Positions 43,201-52,770 of a stretch of 64,000 nucleotides of DNA are shown here, piece by piece (position 1 is the first letter of the stretch; each line of letters opens with the position of its first letter). A model generated the notes under the pieces. It saw only the letters and a program-made list of their open reading frames with translations, had not been told where the DNA came from and did not search any database. A program made the translations under genes and the position numbers. The DNA is taken from the NCBI GenBank assembly GCA_050944155.1, contig JBMNQN010000003.1, positions 32,001-96,000 of the forward strand. The letters run 5' to 3'. This DNA comes from Candidatus Methanomethylophilaceae archaeon (GTDB lineage Archaea; Thermoplasmatota; Thermoplasmata; Methanomassiliicoccales; Methanomethylophilaceae).

Positions 43201-44377
43201 CGGATGCCTCCTCTATTCTCCTCAGAAGACTGAATTCCGCATCTTTTATTACGGAAACAAGCTCCTCGGGACTCATTTCCGAAACGTATCCGGCAAGATG
43301 ATTCTGGGATGCCGAAGTGGAAAGCAGAATCTCTCTGATTTCTTCGGGGCTTTTTTCCGAAAGAGATTCGGCGGTTTCGGCTATTTTGGACTGCAGAGTC
43401 ATGTTTCCCGTTTCCGGAACGTATTCCGGACGGGACCCGAAAACCACGGATTCGACTATGCATCCGCTTCTCATGGAAACGGCCTTCGCGAAACCGTCCG
43501 GATCCGACCTGAGAACGCTGTCCAGCGTCCCCCTTCCGGTTACGTTAAGTCTTACGATTTTGTTTCCGTCGAGACCGGCCGAAACCGATTCCACCAATTC
43601 CGCATAGTTTTTCCCGGTTATGTCGCAGCCGACGGTATCCCATACGAATTTCTGTGTGGGGATGAACTTCAGATCGGTTACCGAATCCCCGGAAACGGTG
43701 ACAAGATACGCGCCTTTTTCTCCGCTCTCTTTCACATGTCTTCCCTGGGAGTTTCCCGGATAGACCACATAGGGACGTTCGGAAATGATTTCCCGTTTGT
43801 GTATGTGGCCCAGAGCCCAGTACTGCACGTTTTTGAACGTGAGGTCGGTAAGTCTGCAGGGTGCGTAGTAGGAATCTCCCCTTCCGTCCACGTCGCAGTG
43901 CACGCAGGCGACAGTGAAAATTCCCGGAGTCCCGTCAAGTTTTGCGGCAAGATTTTCTTTTTCGCTTATTCTCTGGAAGCTTATGCCGACTATTTCCGCG
44001 GTGCCTCCGTTCTTCAGGTTAAGCGTTACGGATTCCGGTTCGGTGTCGAAAACGTGAACGTTGTCCGGCACGGGTACGGCATCTTCCCACGAAGTTCTGT
44101 AATCGTGGTTTCCTCTGGCTACGAAACACGGAATCGAAGCGCGCTCCAGTTCGGAAAAAAATCTCATACGGGTTACGGGAGACACCTTTTCCGAATCGAA
44201 TACGTCTCCGGAAACGACCATGAAATCGGCATTTTCCGAAATTGCCGAATCGACTATTCCGGAAAAGGAATCAAACGCGGATTCCGTCAGTTTTCTCGCC
44301 AGATCCGGGTCTTCGATGCCGACGAATCTGCTACCCAAATGCAGATCCGCGCAATGGATAAACTTGAAATCGGACAC
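43190..44377 (-). CDS. YhaO/Mre11/SbcD-like metallophosphoesterase nuclease
   Basis: HCADLHL, SGDVFD, GNHD, ALGHIH, YPGN.QGR. Confidence 0.9.
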   Translation of the reverse strand: MSDFKFIHCADLHLGSRFVGIEDPDLARKLTESAFDSFSGIVDSAISENADFMVVSGDVFDSEKVSPVTRMRFFSELERASIPCFVARGNHDYRTSWEDAVPVPDNVHVFDTEPESVTLNLKNGGTAEIVGISFQRISEKENLAAKLDGTPGIFTVACVHCDVDGRGDSYYAPCRLTDLTFKNVQYWALGHIHKREIISERPYVVYPGNSQGRHVKESGEKGAYLVTVSGDSVTDLKFIPTQKFVWDTVGCDITGKNYAELVESVSAGLDGNKIVRLNVTGRGTLDSVLRSDPDGFAKAVSMRSGCIVESVVFGSRPEYVPETGNMTLQSKIAETAESLSEKSPEEIREILLSTSASQNHLAGYVSEMSPEELVSVIKDAEFSLLRRIEEASDEN

Positions 44378-44460
44378 GGTTTCTAAGAGGACTGCGTTCT
44401 TTATAAAGTGTCGCAGGGGGTCGTCGAAAGTGAACCGTGCCCGTTTTTCCGCCGTTATGT

Positions 44461-44895
44461 TTACGTCCAGGTGTTTTTAACCGTCCCGTACACCTTTCTG
44501 CCTATCAGGTAAAGAATAACGAAGGCGACCGTAAAAGCGGCACATGCAACCAGAAGCCCGGTTCTTATTTCGGGTCTCGTAAACAGACCGATTGCCGACA
44601 ATGCGGCCATGAATGCGGAAAATACCAGCAGGGCGTACAAAATCGTGACGGATTTGGATTTTTTCGAAATAACCGCTGCCGCGAGAACGGCGGCAATGCC
44701 GGTTACGAGCAGCATCCAAGAAACCAGAACATCATCGCTTTCTGCGGTAAAACCGCCCGACAGCATGCCCGAAAGATATTCGAAGACCGACCTTCCCGCA
44801 AGCGATGCCCCGGAAATAATCAATATCAATGTAACGAATGTGTTCTTCCGAGGGGCTGCTAAACAGACCGTCGTTCTTCTCCATAAAACTGCCAA
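44461..44895 (-). CDS. Four-TM hypothetical membrane protein (5' end uncertain)
   Basis: Four hydrophobic segments; possible frameshift near 44852. Confidence 0.6.
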   Translation of the reverse strand: MAVLWRRTTVCLAAPRKNTFVTLILIISGASLAGRSVFEYLSGMLSGGFTAESDDVLVSWMLLVTGIAAVLAAAVISKKSKSVTILYALLVFSAFMAALSAIGLFTRPEIRTGLLVACAAFTVAFVILYLIGRKVYGTVKNTWT

Positions 44896-45020
44896 GTTAT
44901 GCGGAAATTTAAAAGAATGTTTTTCGGCAGCGGAAACGCATTTCTCACGTACGGTACGGGCGGGAAATCAAGGGGCAATCGGAATAATATATCGGCAATA
45001 CCATCCAATCTCCCGACGAA

Positions 45021-46820
45021 ATGGACAATATACGGAAGAAAGTCGGCGAAGAAGCCGAAAGAGGATGGATCGGACCCAATACGGAATGCGATTACCATTG
45101 CTGCCACTTTTCCGGGCAGGACTGCACGTTCTGCTACTGTCCGTTTTACCCCTGCGGAGACGAGAAACTGGGAAAATACATCGAATCCCGCCGCGGAAAG
45201 AGAATCCTGGACTGTTCCGACTGTCTGTTCATACACAGGACGGAAGTGGGAAAATACGTAATGGAAAGGATAAGGGAAAAGGGATTCGAGAACTGCGGTC
45301 CAGAGGAAATGAGGAAGATTTTCCTGGATGCCAAAGAAAAGTACTGGCGCAGGGGAAAGGCCCTTATGGTTTTGGGTGCCACGTCGGATGCGGGAAAATC
45401 GTATACCGTCGCCGCTCTGTGCAGAATTCTTCACAGACGGGGATTAATCGTCGCCCCGTTCAAATCGCAGAACATGAGTTTAAACGCAAGAGTGACCAGA
45501 AAAGGGTACGAAATAGCCATGGCCCAGTACCTTCAGGCGGTGGCCGCGGGTCTTAAAAACCCCGACGAGCACATGAATCCGATACTGATGAAGCCCATGG
45601 GAGACACCAAATCCCAGGTGATGGTCGAAGGCAGGTTCTTCGCAAATTACGACGTCGAATCGTATTACGGCGAATTCGTCCCCGGTCCCGGAACCGAGGC
45701 GGTAAAAAGGAACATAGATTTTCTTCTCGACCGTTACGACACCGTTGTGATGGAGGGCGCGGGTTCCCCCGCCGAGATCAACATTTACGACAGAGACATA
45801 GCGAACATGAAAGCCGCGGAACTCGCGGATGCCGACTGCATACTCGTCGTGAACGCGGAATGGGGCGGTTCCTTTGCTTACGCCGTAGGGACAATCGATC
45901 TCATACCGGAAAAAGACCGCAGGAGAATCAAAGGAATCCTTATCAACAACGTCAGAGGCGACACCGAAAGGATGCGTCCCGGAGCGGAAGAGCTGGAAAA
46001 AATCACCGGAATACCAGTTCTGGGAATAATTCCCCACGGGGATGCGGTTCTGCCCAGCGAAGATTCCGAAAGATTCCGCGGTTCGCGTACCGCCGGAAAC
46101 GGAAAAATAAAGATTGCCACAGTGAAATTTCCCAGAATAGCAAACTTTACGGATCTGGATCCCCTCATACTCGAAGACGTTACCGTCGTTTTCGCGGAAA
46201 CGCCCGAAGATTTCGAAGACGCCGACGCGGTAATAATTCCCGGAACCAAGAACACTGTATCCGATCTGCTATGGATGAAAGAAACGGGAATCGCGGAAAA
46301 AATCACGGAACTGAAAGGAAAAATTCCCGTTCTGGGTATCTGCGGAGGGTACCAGATGATGGGTAAGGTTCTTTCGGATCCCGAAGGCATCGAAGGACTC
46401 CGTATCCAGGAAACCGAAGGACTGGGATTTTTCGAAAGTTCCACGGTATGGAAACCCGGCGTAAGCATCGTGTCCCAATGCAGAGGAACCATACTTCCCG
46501 ACGGGGGCATGGTGACCGGATTCGAGACCCATGCGGGAATAACGTCGTCGGAAGAATCCCCGCTTTTTAAGATAGAAAAGCATTCCGGAGACGTTTGCGA
46601 AGGTTCGGTACGGGAAGACGAAATGCTGTTCGGAACCTATCTGCACGGGGTGTTCGAATCCAAGGATTTCAGAAGATATTTCCTCTCTTTCGCGGGCGCG
46701 GAAAACGCCGGCACGGAAGATTATTCCGAATACCTGAACAAAAATCTGGATAAGCTTGCGGACGTTTTCGAAAACGCTCTGGATATGGACGCTTTGATGA
46801 AACTGGCGGTGCGCGGATGA
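45021..46820 (+). CDS. cobQ: Cobyric acid synthase with N-terminal Cys-rich (zf-like) domain
   Basis: GATSDAGKS, PFKSQNM, EGAGSPAE, GICGGYQM, GTYLHG; N-terminal CTFCYCPFYPC. Confidence 0.93.
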   Translation: MDNIRKKVGEEAERGWIGPNTECDYHCCHFSGQDCTFCYCPFYPCGDEKLGKYIESRRGKRILDCSDCLFIHRTEVGKYVMERIREKGFENCGPEEMRKIFLDAKEKYWRRGKALMVLGATSDAGKSYTVAALCRILHRRGLIVAPFKSQNMSLNARVTRKGYEIAMAQYLQAVAAGLKNPDEHMNPILMKPMGDTKSQVMVEGRFFANYDVESYYGEFVPGPGTEAVKRNIDFLLDRYDTVVMEGAGSPAEINIYDRDIANMKAAELADADCILVVNAEWGGSFAYAVGTIDLIPEKDRRRIKGILINNVRGDTERMRPGAEELEKITGIPVLGIIPHGDAVLPSEDSERFRGSRTAGNGKIKIATVKFPRIANFTDLDPLILEDVTVVFAETPEDFEDADAVIIPGTKNTVSDLLWMKETGIAEKITELKGKIPVLGICGGYQMMGKVLSDPEGIEGLRIQETEGLGFFESSTVWKPGVSIVSQCRGTILPDGGMVTGFETHAGITSSEESPLFKIEKHSGDVCEGSVREDEMLFGTYLHGVFESKDFRRYFLSFAGAENAGTEDYSEYLNKNLDKLADVFENALDMDALMKLAVRG

Positions 46821-47638
46821 AAATAATGTTTCTGGGAACCTCTTCCGGAGCGGGAAAGACCACTCTGTGCGCAATGTACTGCAGATATCTTCACAAAAAA
46901 GGAGTTAAAGTCGCTCCGTTCAAGGCCGTGAATCTTTCGTCCGTTTCGTATAAAACCGAAGACGGGTACGAAATCGGCATAGGGCAGGCGCTTCAGGCGG
47001 CCGCTTCCGGAACAAAACCCGTACCGGACATGAACCCGGTCCTTCTGAAATATTCCGACGGCAAACTTTCCGTATACACGGAAGGAAAAAGGCAATCGGA
47101 AATAAAGTCAGGTCAGTTTTTGGATACGGAGTCCGCATTGTCTGCGGCGGTATCCTCTTTCGACCGTCTTTCCTCGGAATACGATGCGGTCGTGTGCGAA
47201 GGTTCCGGTTCTCCCGCCGAACTGAACATGCGGGACAGGGACATAGCGAACACAGGAATGATGCGGGAAAGGAACATTCCGGCGGTTCTTACGGGCGACA
47301 TAGAGCGCGGCGGAGTGTTCGCGGCGCTGTACGGAACGTGGAAGCTTATGCCGGACGACATCAGGCCTTTGGTGAAAGGATTCGTCATCAACCGTTTCAG
47401 AGGAGATCCGAAACTTCTGGCTTCGGGAATCGAACGCATCGAATCCCTTACGGGAATGAAATACCTCGGGACAGTGCCGTACGCTTCCTTCCCGCTTCCG
47501 GAGGAAGATTCTCTTTCCTCCCCCGGTAAGGACAATTCCGCGGATATCGCGCGTTCGGTGGAATATCTGGACAAAATGATTGAAGCCGCCGAAAATTCCG
47601 GTTTCTATTTTTCTCTTTTCGAAAAAGTATACGGGTGA
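46817..47638 (+). CDS. CobQ-like protein, synthetase domain only
   Basis: GTSSGAGKT, PFKAVNL, EGSGSPAE, DIERGG, LPEED; no glutaminase domain. Confidence 0.85.
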   Translation: MKIMFLGTSSGAGKTTLCAMYCRYLHKKGVKVAPFKAVNLSSVSYKTEDGYEIGIGQALQAAASGTKPVPDMNPVLLKYSDGKLSVYTEGKRQSEIKSGQFLDTESALSAAVSSFDRLSSEYDAVVCEGSGSPAELNMRDRDIANTGMMRERNIPAVLTGDIERGGVFAALYGTWKLMPDDIRPLVKGFVINRFRGDPKLLASGIERIESLTGMKYLGTVPYASFPLPEEDSLSSPGKDNSADIARSVEYLDKMIEAAENSGFYFSLFEKVYG

Positions 47639-47833
47639 TTATCCGCCGGACGCGATTTTTATCGCGTTTATTTCCATACCGTCCTCGAGAACGGTGTCCG
47701 AAGGAACGGGAACTCCTTTTTTGAGGTAAAGAAATGCGTTGGGAAGCAGACCGCAGGAAACCACAGCCTCGCTAAGCGTAATGCCTGCGTCTACGCCGTG
47801 TCTTTTCCCCTGAATTATTATCGCTGCAGCCAT
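47639..47833 (-). CDS. Ubiquitin-like ThiS/MoaD/SAMP-family protein
   Basis: 64 aa beta-grasp-like sequence ending IASGG. Confidence 0.85.
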   Translation of the reverse strand: MAAAIIIQGKRHGVDAGITLSEAVVSCGLLPNAFLYLKKGVPVPSDTVLEDGMEINAIKIASGG

Positions 47834-47854
47834 ATTCTCTCCAACCGTGTTCTT

Positions 47855-48847
47855 TCAGATATTCTTTTCCGATTCTTCGTATCTGTGACAGTATCTTTTG
47901 ACCGATTCGGTGCTGCCGTCGGCAATGATTCTGCGATAAAATAATTCGACGGCTTCCGAAGGAGTCATGTTCAGATCCCGGAGTACTTTTTCGGCTTCGG
48001 TTTTTACGGTACGGTCTATCTCCGCTTCCACGGGTGCAACGTCGTCGGAACGCATTTCAAGGAGAACTTCGCCGTATACGCGGGAAACGTATTCGTTGAA
48101 CATCATTCCCTTTTTCTTAGCTGCTTTTCTTATCAAATCCGAGGATTTCGAACCGTATTGGGAGGATTTTTTCTTCATTTCCGCTATGTACGGGTACCCC
48201 AGATCCGAGGCTATTTCCCTGAGAACCGATTTTCTGGAATCCATGTCTTCCGGTTTAAGTTCCGACGGGTCGAGTTTCTCCGCGAGGGAAATCACCTTTT
48301 CGTCGAGATACGGGTAGACTATTTCCTTGCCGAACGACGCGGCTATGCGTTTTTCGCTGGGAACAGACACTCTGTGAAGCCGTTCCGCGCTGCTTTTTCT
48401 TTTTTTCTCGTATTCTTCGTAAGAGCAGTTTACGAATTTGGCGCACCCCATGAAGTATTCGTCCGCTCCCTGTCCGGTAAGTACGGTTTTTTCCTTCATT
48501 GCCCTGCATACGCAGAAGAGGGGCATTTCGTACGAAACCGTGAAAGGGTCGGCCGTTACCGCGGCGGGTATCATCTCTCTGATTATGTCTTCGACGGTAT
48601 CTTCGGAAATAGGGACATGAGTCCAGGGAAGACCGAGTTTTCCGGAAAGATATTCCGCTTTCGCAACATCGTAAGAGTCGTCGGTTCCGCAGGTGTAAAG
48701 ATGTACTGATTCCGCGTATTTTTCGGCAACGGCCGCAACAAGTCCGGAATCCAAACCGCCGGAAAAGGCAACGCCTATCTCTTTGCCTTCCACTTTTTCC
48801 TTTACGGATTCCACCAGAGCGTCTCTTATGTCCGCGTATCTGAACAC
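47855..48847 (-). CDS. Asparagine-synthase C-domain (PP-loop) protein with RelB/DinJ-like C-terminus
   Basis: AFSGGLDS, TGQGADE.F.G, YPYLD, KK.SQYG; no glutaminase domain; RHH-like tail. Confidence 0.8.
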   Translation of the reverse strand: MFRYADIRDALVESVKEKVEGKEIGVAFSGGLDSGLVAAVAEKYAESVHLYTCGTDDSYDVAKAEYLSGKLGLPWTHVPISEDTVEDIIREMIPAAVTADPFTVSYEMPLFCVCRAMKEKTVLTGQGADEYFMGCAKFVNCSYEEYEKKRKSSAERLHRVSVPSEKRIAASFGKEIVYPYLDEKVISLAEKLDPSELKPEDMDSRKSVLREIASDLGYPYIAEMKKKSSQYGSKSSDLIRKAAKKKGMMFNEYVSRVYGEVLLEMRSDDVAPVEAEIDRTVKTEAEKVLRDLNMTPSEAVELFYRRIIADGSTESVKRYCHRYEESEKNI

Positions 48848-48965
48848 AGACCGGGCTACGCGGGGGCAGTAAATAAAGAAATCCTCCGGATACAGTGTTT
48901 TTTGTCATCGGTTCGGGAATCAGCGTTTCGATGCGGACAGTTTATAACCGATAGTTTACGATTCG

Positions 48966-49562
48966 GTGACCGTGAAATGCGCTCCGTTGGCAGTTCTGCT
49001 TCTGATTCCCGCGGTAATTTTGATTCCGTATGCGGAAATCGGCGGAGACGAGGCGGACGGAGAGGATAATCTTCGTGTGTATTTTCAGTCCCAGGGCGTT
49101 AACGTTTTGATGAGCGTGGACGGAGAAGAGTGCACAGAGCTCACGGATTCCCCTGCGGGTCTGCGCGGTTTCGAAATTCCCTCGGGTTCGAAGGCAACGG
49201 TGACGCTGAGCTCGGACAGATACGTGATGTCGGGGCTGAAGATAATCCCGTACGTTCCGCTGTACGACGGGGGAAAAGGCGAATCCGTTCCGTTGGATAT
49301 CAAAACGGTTTACGAATCCGAGGACGGTCATACGGCAACCGCGGAAATCGATTTCTCGACTCTTGGTTCCGAAAAATCTGTACAGCTTTGGTTGGTTTCC
49401 GAGGAGCTGTTCCCAGAACCGGGACCGACTTCCGCGGAAACCGCGGTGAATCTTTGGCCTATTTACGTCCCCGTCGCGGGGCTGATCTCCGCAATTGTTT
49501 TTCTGTTTGTTGCCATACGTCTTTTCGGATTCGGAAAAGAATCCCCGGAGGCAGAAGAGTGA
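48966..49562 (+). CDS. Exported, membrane-anchored hypothetical protein
   Basis: N-terminal signal-like segment and C-terminal TM. Confidence 0.65.
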   Translation: MTVKCAPLAVLLLIPAVILIPYAEIGGDEADGEDNLRVYFQSQGVNVLMSVDGEECTELTDSPAGLRGFEIPSGSKATVTLSSDRYVMSGLKIIPYVPLYDGGKGESVPLDIKTVYESEDGHTATAEIDFSTLGSEKSVQLWLVSEELFPEPGPTSAETAVNLWPIYVPVAGLISAIVFLFVAIRLFGFGKESPEAEE

Positions 49563-50167
49563 GCACGCTGAACGATTTCTTTCATGACGACAAAATATAC
49601 GTTTTGGATACCGAAACAACCGGACTTAAGGGGGCTCCGGCAGACGTTGTCGTGGATATAGGAGTATGCGAAACCGATTTGGAAAAGGGAACCGTGAAAC
49701 CCGTTTATTCTTCGATTGTGGGTCACGATACCGAAAAATGGAACGATTACAGAAAAACCGCATGGATTTTTCAGAACACGGATCTTACCCTCGAAGCGGT
49801 CGACGACGCGCCTCCTTTCGATAAGGTCGCTTCCGACGTGAGAAAACTTCTCAGGGGACGGAACGTAACCTCGTACAACACGGGATACGACATGGGCAAA
49901 TTCCTTTATCTGGAGCCGTGGAGCATGAAAGGTCTTTTCAAAGAATGTACGGACATCATGAAAGCGGCTACCCTGGTGTGTAAAATTCCCAGCGAGTATT
50001 ACGGATGCGATTACAGATATCCGAGACTTGACGTGGCTTACTCGATGATCGTCGACGGAGATCCCGCGGGAATCGAGGGAAAACAGGACCACCGCGCGCT
50101 CTCTGACGCTGTAGTAGCATCGTACGTCATGATTCAGATGTACAGGGACGGGAATTACTCTCCCTGA
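49559..50167 (+). CDS. DEDDh 3'-5' exonuclease
   Basis: LDTETTG, YNTGYD, HRALSDA; GTGA overlap start. Confidence 0.88.
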   Translation: MSTLNDFFHDDKIYVLDTETTGLKGAPADVVVDIGVCETDLEKGTVKPVYSSIVGHDTEKWNDYRKTAWIFQNTDLTLEAVDDAPPFDKVASDVRKLLRGRNVTSYNTGYDMGKFLYLEPWSMKGLFKECTDIMKAATLVCKIPSEYYGCDYRYPRLDVAYSMIVDGDPAGIEGKQDHRALSDAVVASYVMIQMYRDGNYSP

Positions 50168-52749
50168 GAGTCATCCATCATCGATTCTTCGTTTTCCTTT
50201 CTCAGTTTTTCGGCGAATTTCTTTTCGGTCCATTCGGCGAGGAAGGCGAATTTGCCGCTGCGCAGTGCCCGTCTGGTCACGGCGAACCAAACCAGCGCCA
50301 AAGCAATCACGGGGATGTAAAACTCAACGGGGAATGTTGCGGTCATAAGCAACGTTACGACATATACTCTGGCTTCTGACACGAAGAATACGGCGGCGAA
50401 AGCCAAAAGGAGAAGCAGAACCAATACAGTGGGACGCAGGTCTTTGGTGGTTTTTCCGTCGATGGACAGCCATTTGACGACGGGCTGAACCATGAGAAGT
50501 TCCAGAATACCCGCGAGTGTTATGAAGAACAGCATCGCATTGCGCGCGTTCACCCTGTTGAGATCCGCTTCGAACATCTCCGGAGTCGTATTGGATCCCG
50601 ATATATGCAGCGACTGTATGAGGGTCTCGTAGCTTATTCCGCAGGAATCGGCCATGGCGTGATAGTCTATGTTTATGAAATGTCCCGTGCCGAAATAGAA
50701 CACGGCGTAAACGGCAATTCCGAACATGGATATCAGAAATGCGGCGGGAACGGCGAATTTTATGACGTTGGGAAGAACCGGTTCTTTGTTGCTGTCCGGC
50801 TGGGCCCATAAGGTCATCAGGAACGCATACGCCGACACGGTGAGGAACGCGTACATCGCGTTCTGCACCGGAAGCAGTGGTGCGGGATTGTTGAATATGA
50901 GGAGAACGAAAATGATGATGAACATGAGGACGAAGTTTCTGGTAAGGTAAACTTTGAGTATGTCCCTCATTCCGGAAACCGTTCTGCGCCCTTCCCTAAG
51001 GGCTTTCGGCAGAGCTCCGAAGTTGTCTTTCATAAGAACGATATCCGCGGCGCCCCTGGCGGCTCCGCTTCCGCTTTCCAGGGAAACTCCCACGTTCGCG
51101 GCTTTGATGGCCTTCACGTCGTTCACTCCGTCGCCGACCATTGCCACGTACCGTCCGGAGTTTTTCAGCGAATCCACTATGATTTCTTTCTGCTCCGGTT
51201 TCATTCTTCCGAAAATATTGGTTTCCAGTATCGCTCTGTCCCTCTCTTCCCCTTCGAGGGTATCAAAACGATCTCCGGTAATCATCTTTCTTTCTCCCGG
51301 AATGTTTGCTATGCTGAAAAGGGCGTCCACGGTCTCCGGGTCGTCTCCCGAAACCACTTTGATTTCGATTCCGTTTTCCATGAAGAAATCCATGGTTTTC
51401 CTGCAGTCGGAACGGACTTCGTCGGCTATGGAGGCGATTCCTATGAGAGTCATCCCGCTGTGTATGACCGGTTCTTCGTTTTCGTAAAGGCTTCCGTTTC
51501 CTTTGCATAAAGCGACGGTTCTTAGCCCTTTCTTCGACAGGCCGGAAACAATTTCCGATATTCCCTCGGAATCGGAAACGTATTTTTCCAGAACCGACCA
51601 GGCTCCCATGTAAATTACGTATTCTTCGCCGTCCTTTTCTGTGCGTACGGCGCTGAATTTTCTCTCGGAAGAGAACTGCACTTCTTCTACGAGGGTGCTT
51701 TTCTCGGTGCCGAATGTTTCCGCAAGCACCTGTACCGTTCTGTTTTTGCTTCCGGTCGCTTCTGCGAAAATGCGTATAAGTTTTTCCGCTTCCTCTTTGT
51801 CCGTATAATAAATGAAATCTTCGAAAATCAGACGATTGGTGGTTATCGTCCCGGTCTTGTCCATGCACACCGTGTCAACGTGACTCATGGCTTCCACCGA
51901 GTTCGCACGCTGGAGAAGAACTCCAGAATCGGCCATGCGCAGGGCAGCTATCATGTACGTCAGCGTAATCAGAAGAAACAGGGCGATGGGAACGATATCG
52001 AGAATTATCGTTGCGGTTCTCAGTGCTTCTCCCAGCGAAGAGTATTTGCCGGTTATTATGCTGAATATGATTTCGATGACGAAAATGATGCCTGCGATAG
52101 AAATCAGAAGTTTTGTGACGGAATTGGTTTCGATTTGCAAAGGGGTGAGTTTTCTTTTGTAAGTGCGGGCACTGGTCAGCATCTTGGATGCGAACGTATC
52201 GGGTCCCAGTGCATCCGCTCGGAAATACGCTTCTCCGCTTATGCAAAAAGAACCGGAATAAATTGTATCTCCGATTTTTTTCCTTACTGCGCTGGATTCT
52301 CCGGTGAGAGCGGATTCGTCCATTTCCAGGGAACGCTGTGCCAGAAGTTCTCCGTCCACGGGCGCTTGATCTCCGGAAGCCAGGTGAATTATGTCGTCCT
52401 TCACGATTTCCGTCTGGTCTATTTCGACTTTTACGCCGTCCCGTATGACGTTCACCTTGGGACGCAGAAGTAGAGCAATCTTGTCCAGTCTGCGCTTGGC
52501 GCGGATTTCCTGAACGGTGGAGACGAGAATGTTGAGGGCGATGATACCCGTGGCGGAAATGGCGCTGATAATGTCGTCAACCAGGTAAAGAGCGATACCC
52601 AGAATGACGAGTACCATGTTGAACCAGTTGAATACGTTTTCAATGATGATGCTCTTGTAGCTTCTGCTGACTTTGGATTCAACGGTGTTAACCAACCCGG
52701 AGGCTTTCCTTTCGGAAACCTCCTTGCCGGTAAGGCCGTTCAAATCCAT
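50155..52749 (-). CDS. P-type ATPase (CtpE-like)
   Basis: TGES, DKTGT, SGDD, GDGVND, multiple TM helices. Confidence 0.92.
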   Translation of the reverse strand: MDLNGLTGKEVSERKASGLVNTVESKVSRSYKSIIIENVFNWFNMVLVILGIALYLVDDIISAISATGIIALNILVSTVQEIRAKRRLDKIALLLRPKVNVIRDGVKVEIDQTEIVKDDIIHLASGDQAPVDGELLAQRSLEMDESALTGESSAVRKKIGDTIYSGSFCISGEAYFRADALGPDTFASKMLTSARTYKRKLTPLQIETNSVTKLLISIAGIIFVIEIIFSIITGKYSSLGEALRTATIILDIVPIALFLLITLTYMIAALRMADSGVLLQRANSVEAMSHVDTVCMDKTGTITTNRLIFEDFIYYTDKEEAEKLIRIFAEATGSKNRTVQVLAETFGTEKSTLVEEVQFSSERKFSAVRTEKDGEEYVIYMGAWSVLEKYVSDSEGISEIVSGLSKKGLRTVALCKGNGSLYENEEPVIHSGMTLIGIASIADEVRSDCRKTMDFFMENGIEIKVVSGDDPETVDALFSIANIPGERKMITGDRFDTLEGEERDRAILETNIFGRMKPEQKEIIVDSLKNSGRYVAMVGDGVNDVKAIKAANVGVSLESGSGAARGAADIVLMKDNFGALPKALREGRRTVSGMRDILKVYLTRNFVLMFIIIFVLLIFNNPAPLLPVQNAMYAFLTVSAYAFLMTLWAQPDSNKEPVLPNVIKFAVPAAFLISMFGIAVYAVFYFGTGHFINIDYHAMADSCGISYETLIQSLHISGSNTTPEMFEADLNRVNARNAMLFFITLAGILELLMVQPVVKWLSIDGKTTKDLRPTVLVLLLLLAFAAVFFVSEARVYVVTLLMTATFPVEFYIPVIALALVWFAVTRRALRSGKFAFLAEWTEKKFAEKLRKENEESMMDDSQGE

Positions 52750-52770
52750 ATCCCTGCCAATAAAGTGTCT

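Noticed and set aside
41413-43233. Long antisense ORFs (also 6522-8393, 4204-5658, 37658-39310, 39195-40895, 26846-28354)
   Set aside because: F/R/V-rich shadows of well-supported genes with no recognisable motifs; explained by codon bias.
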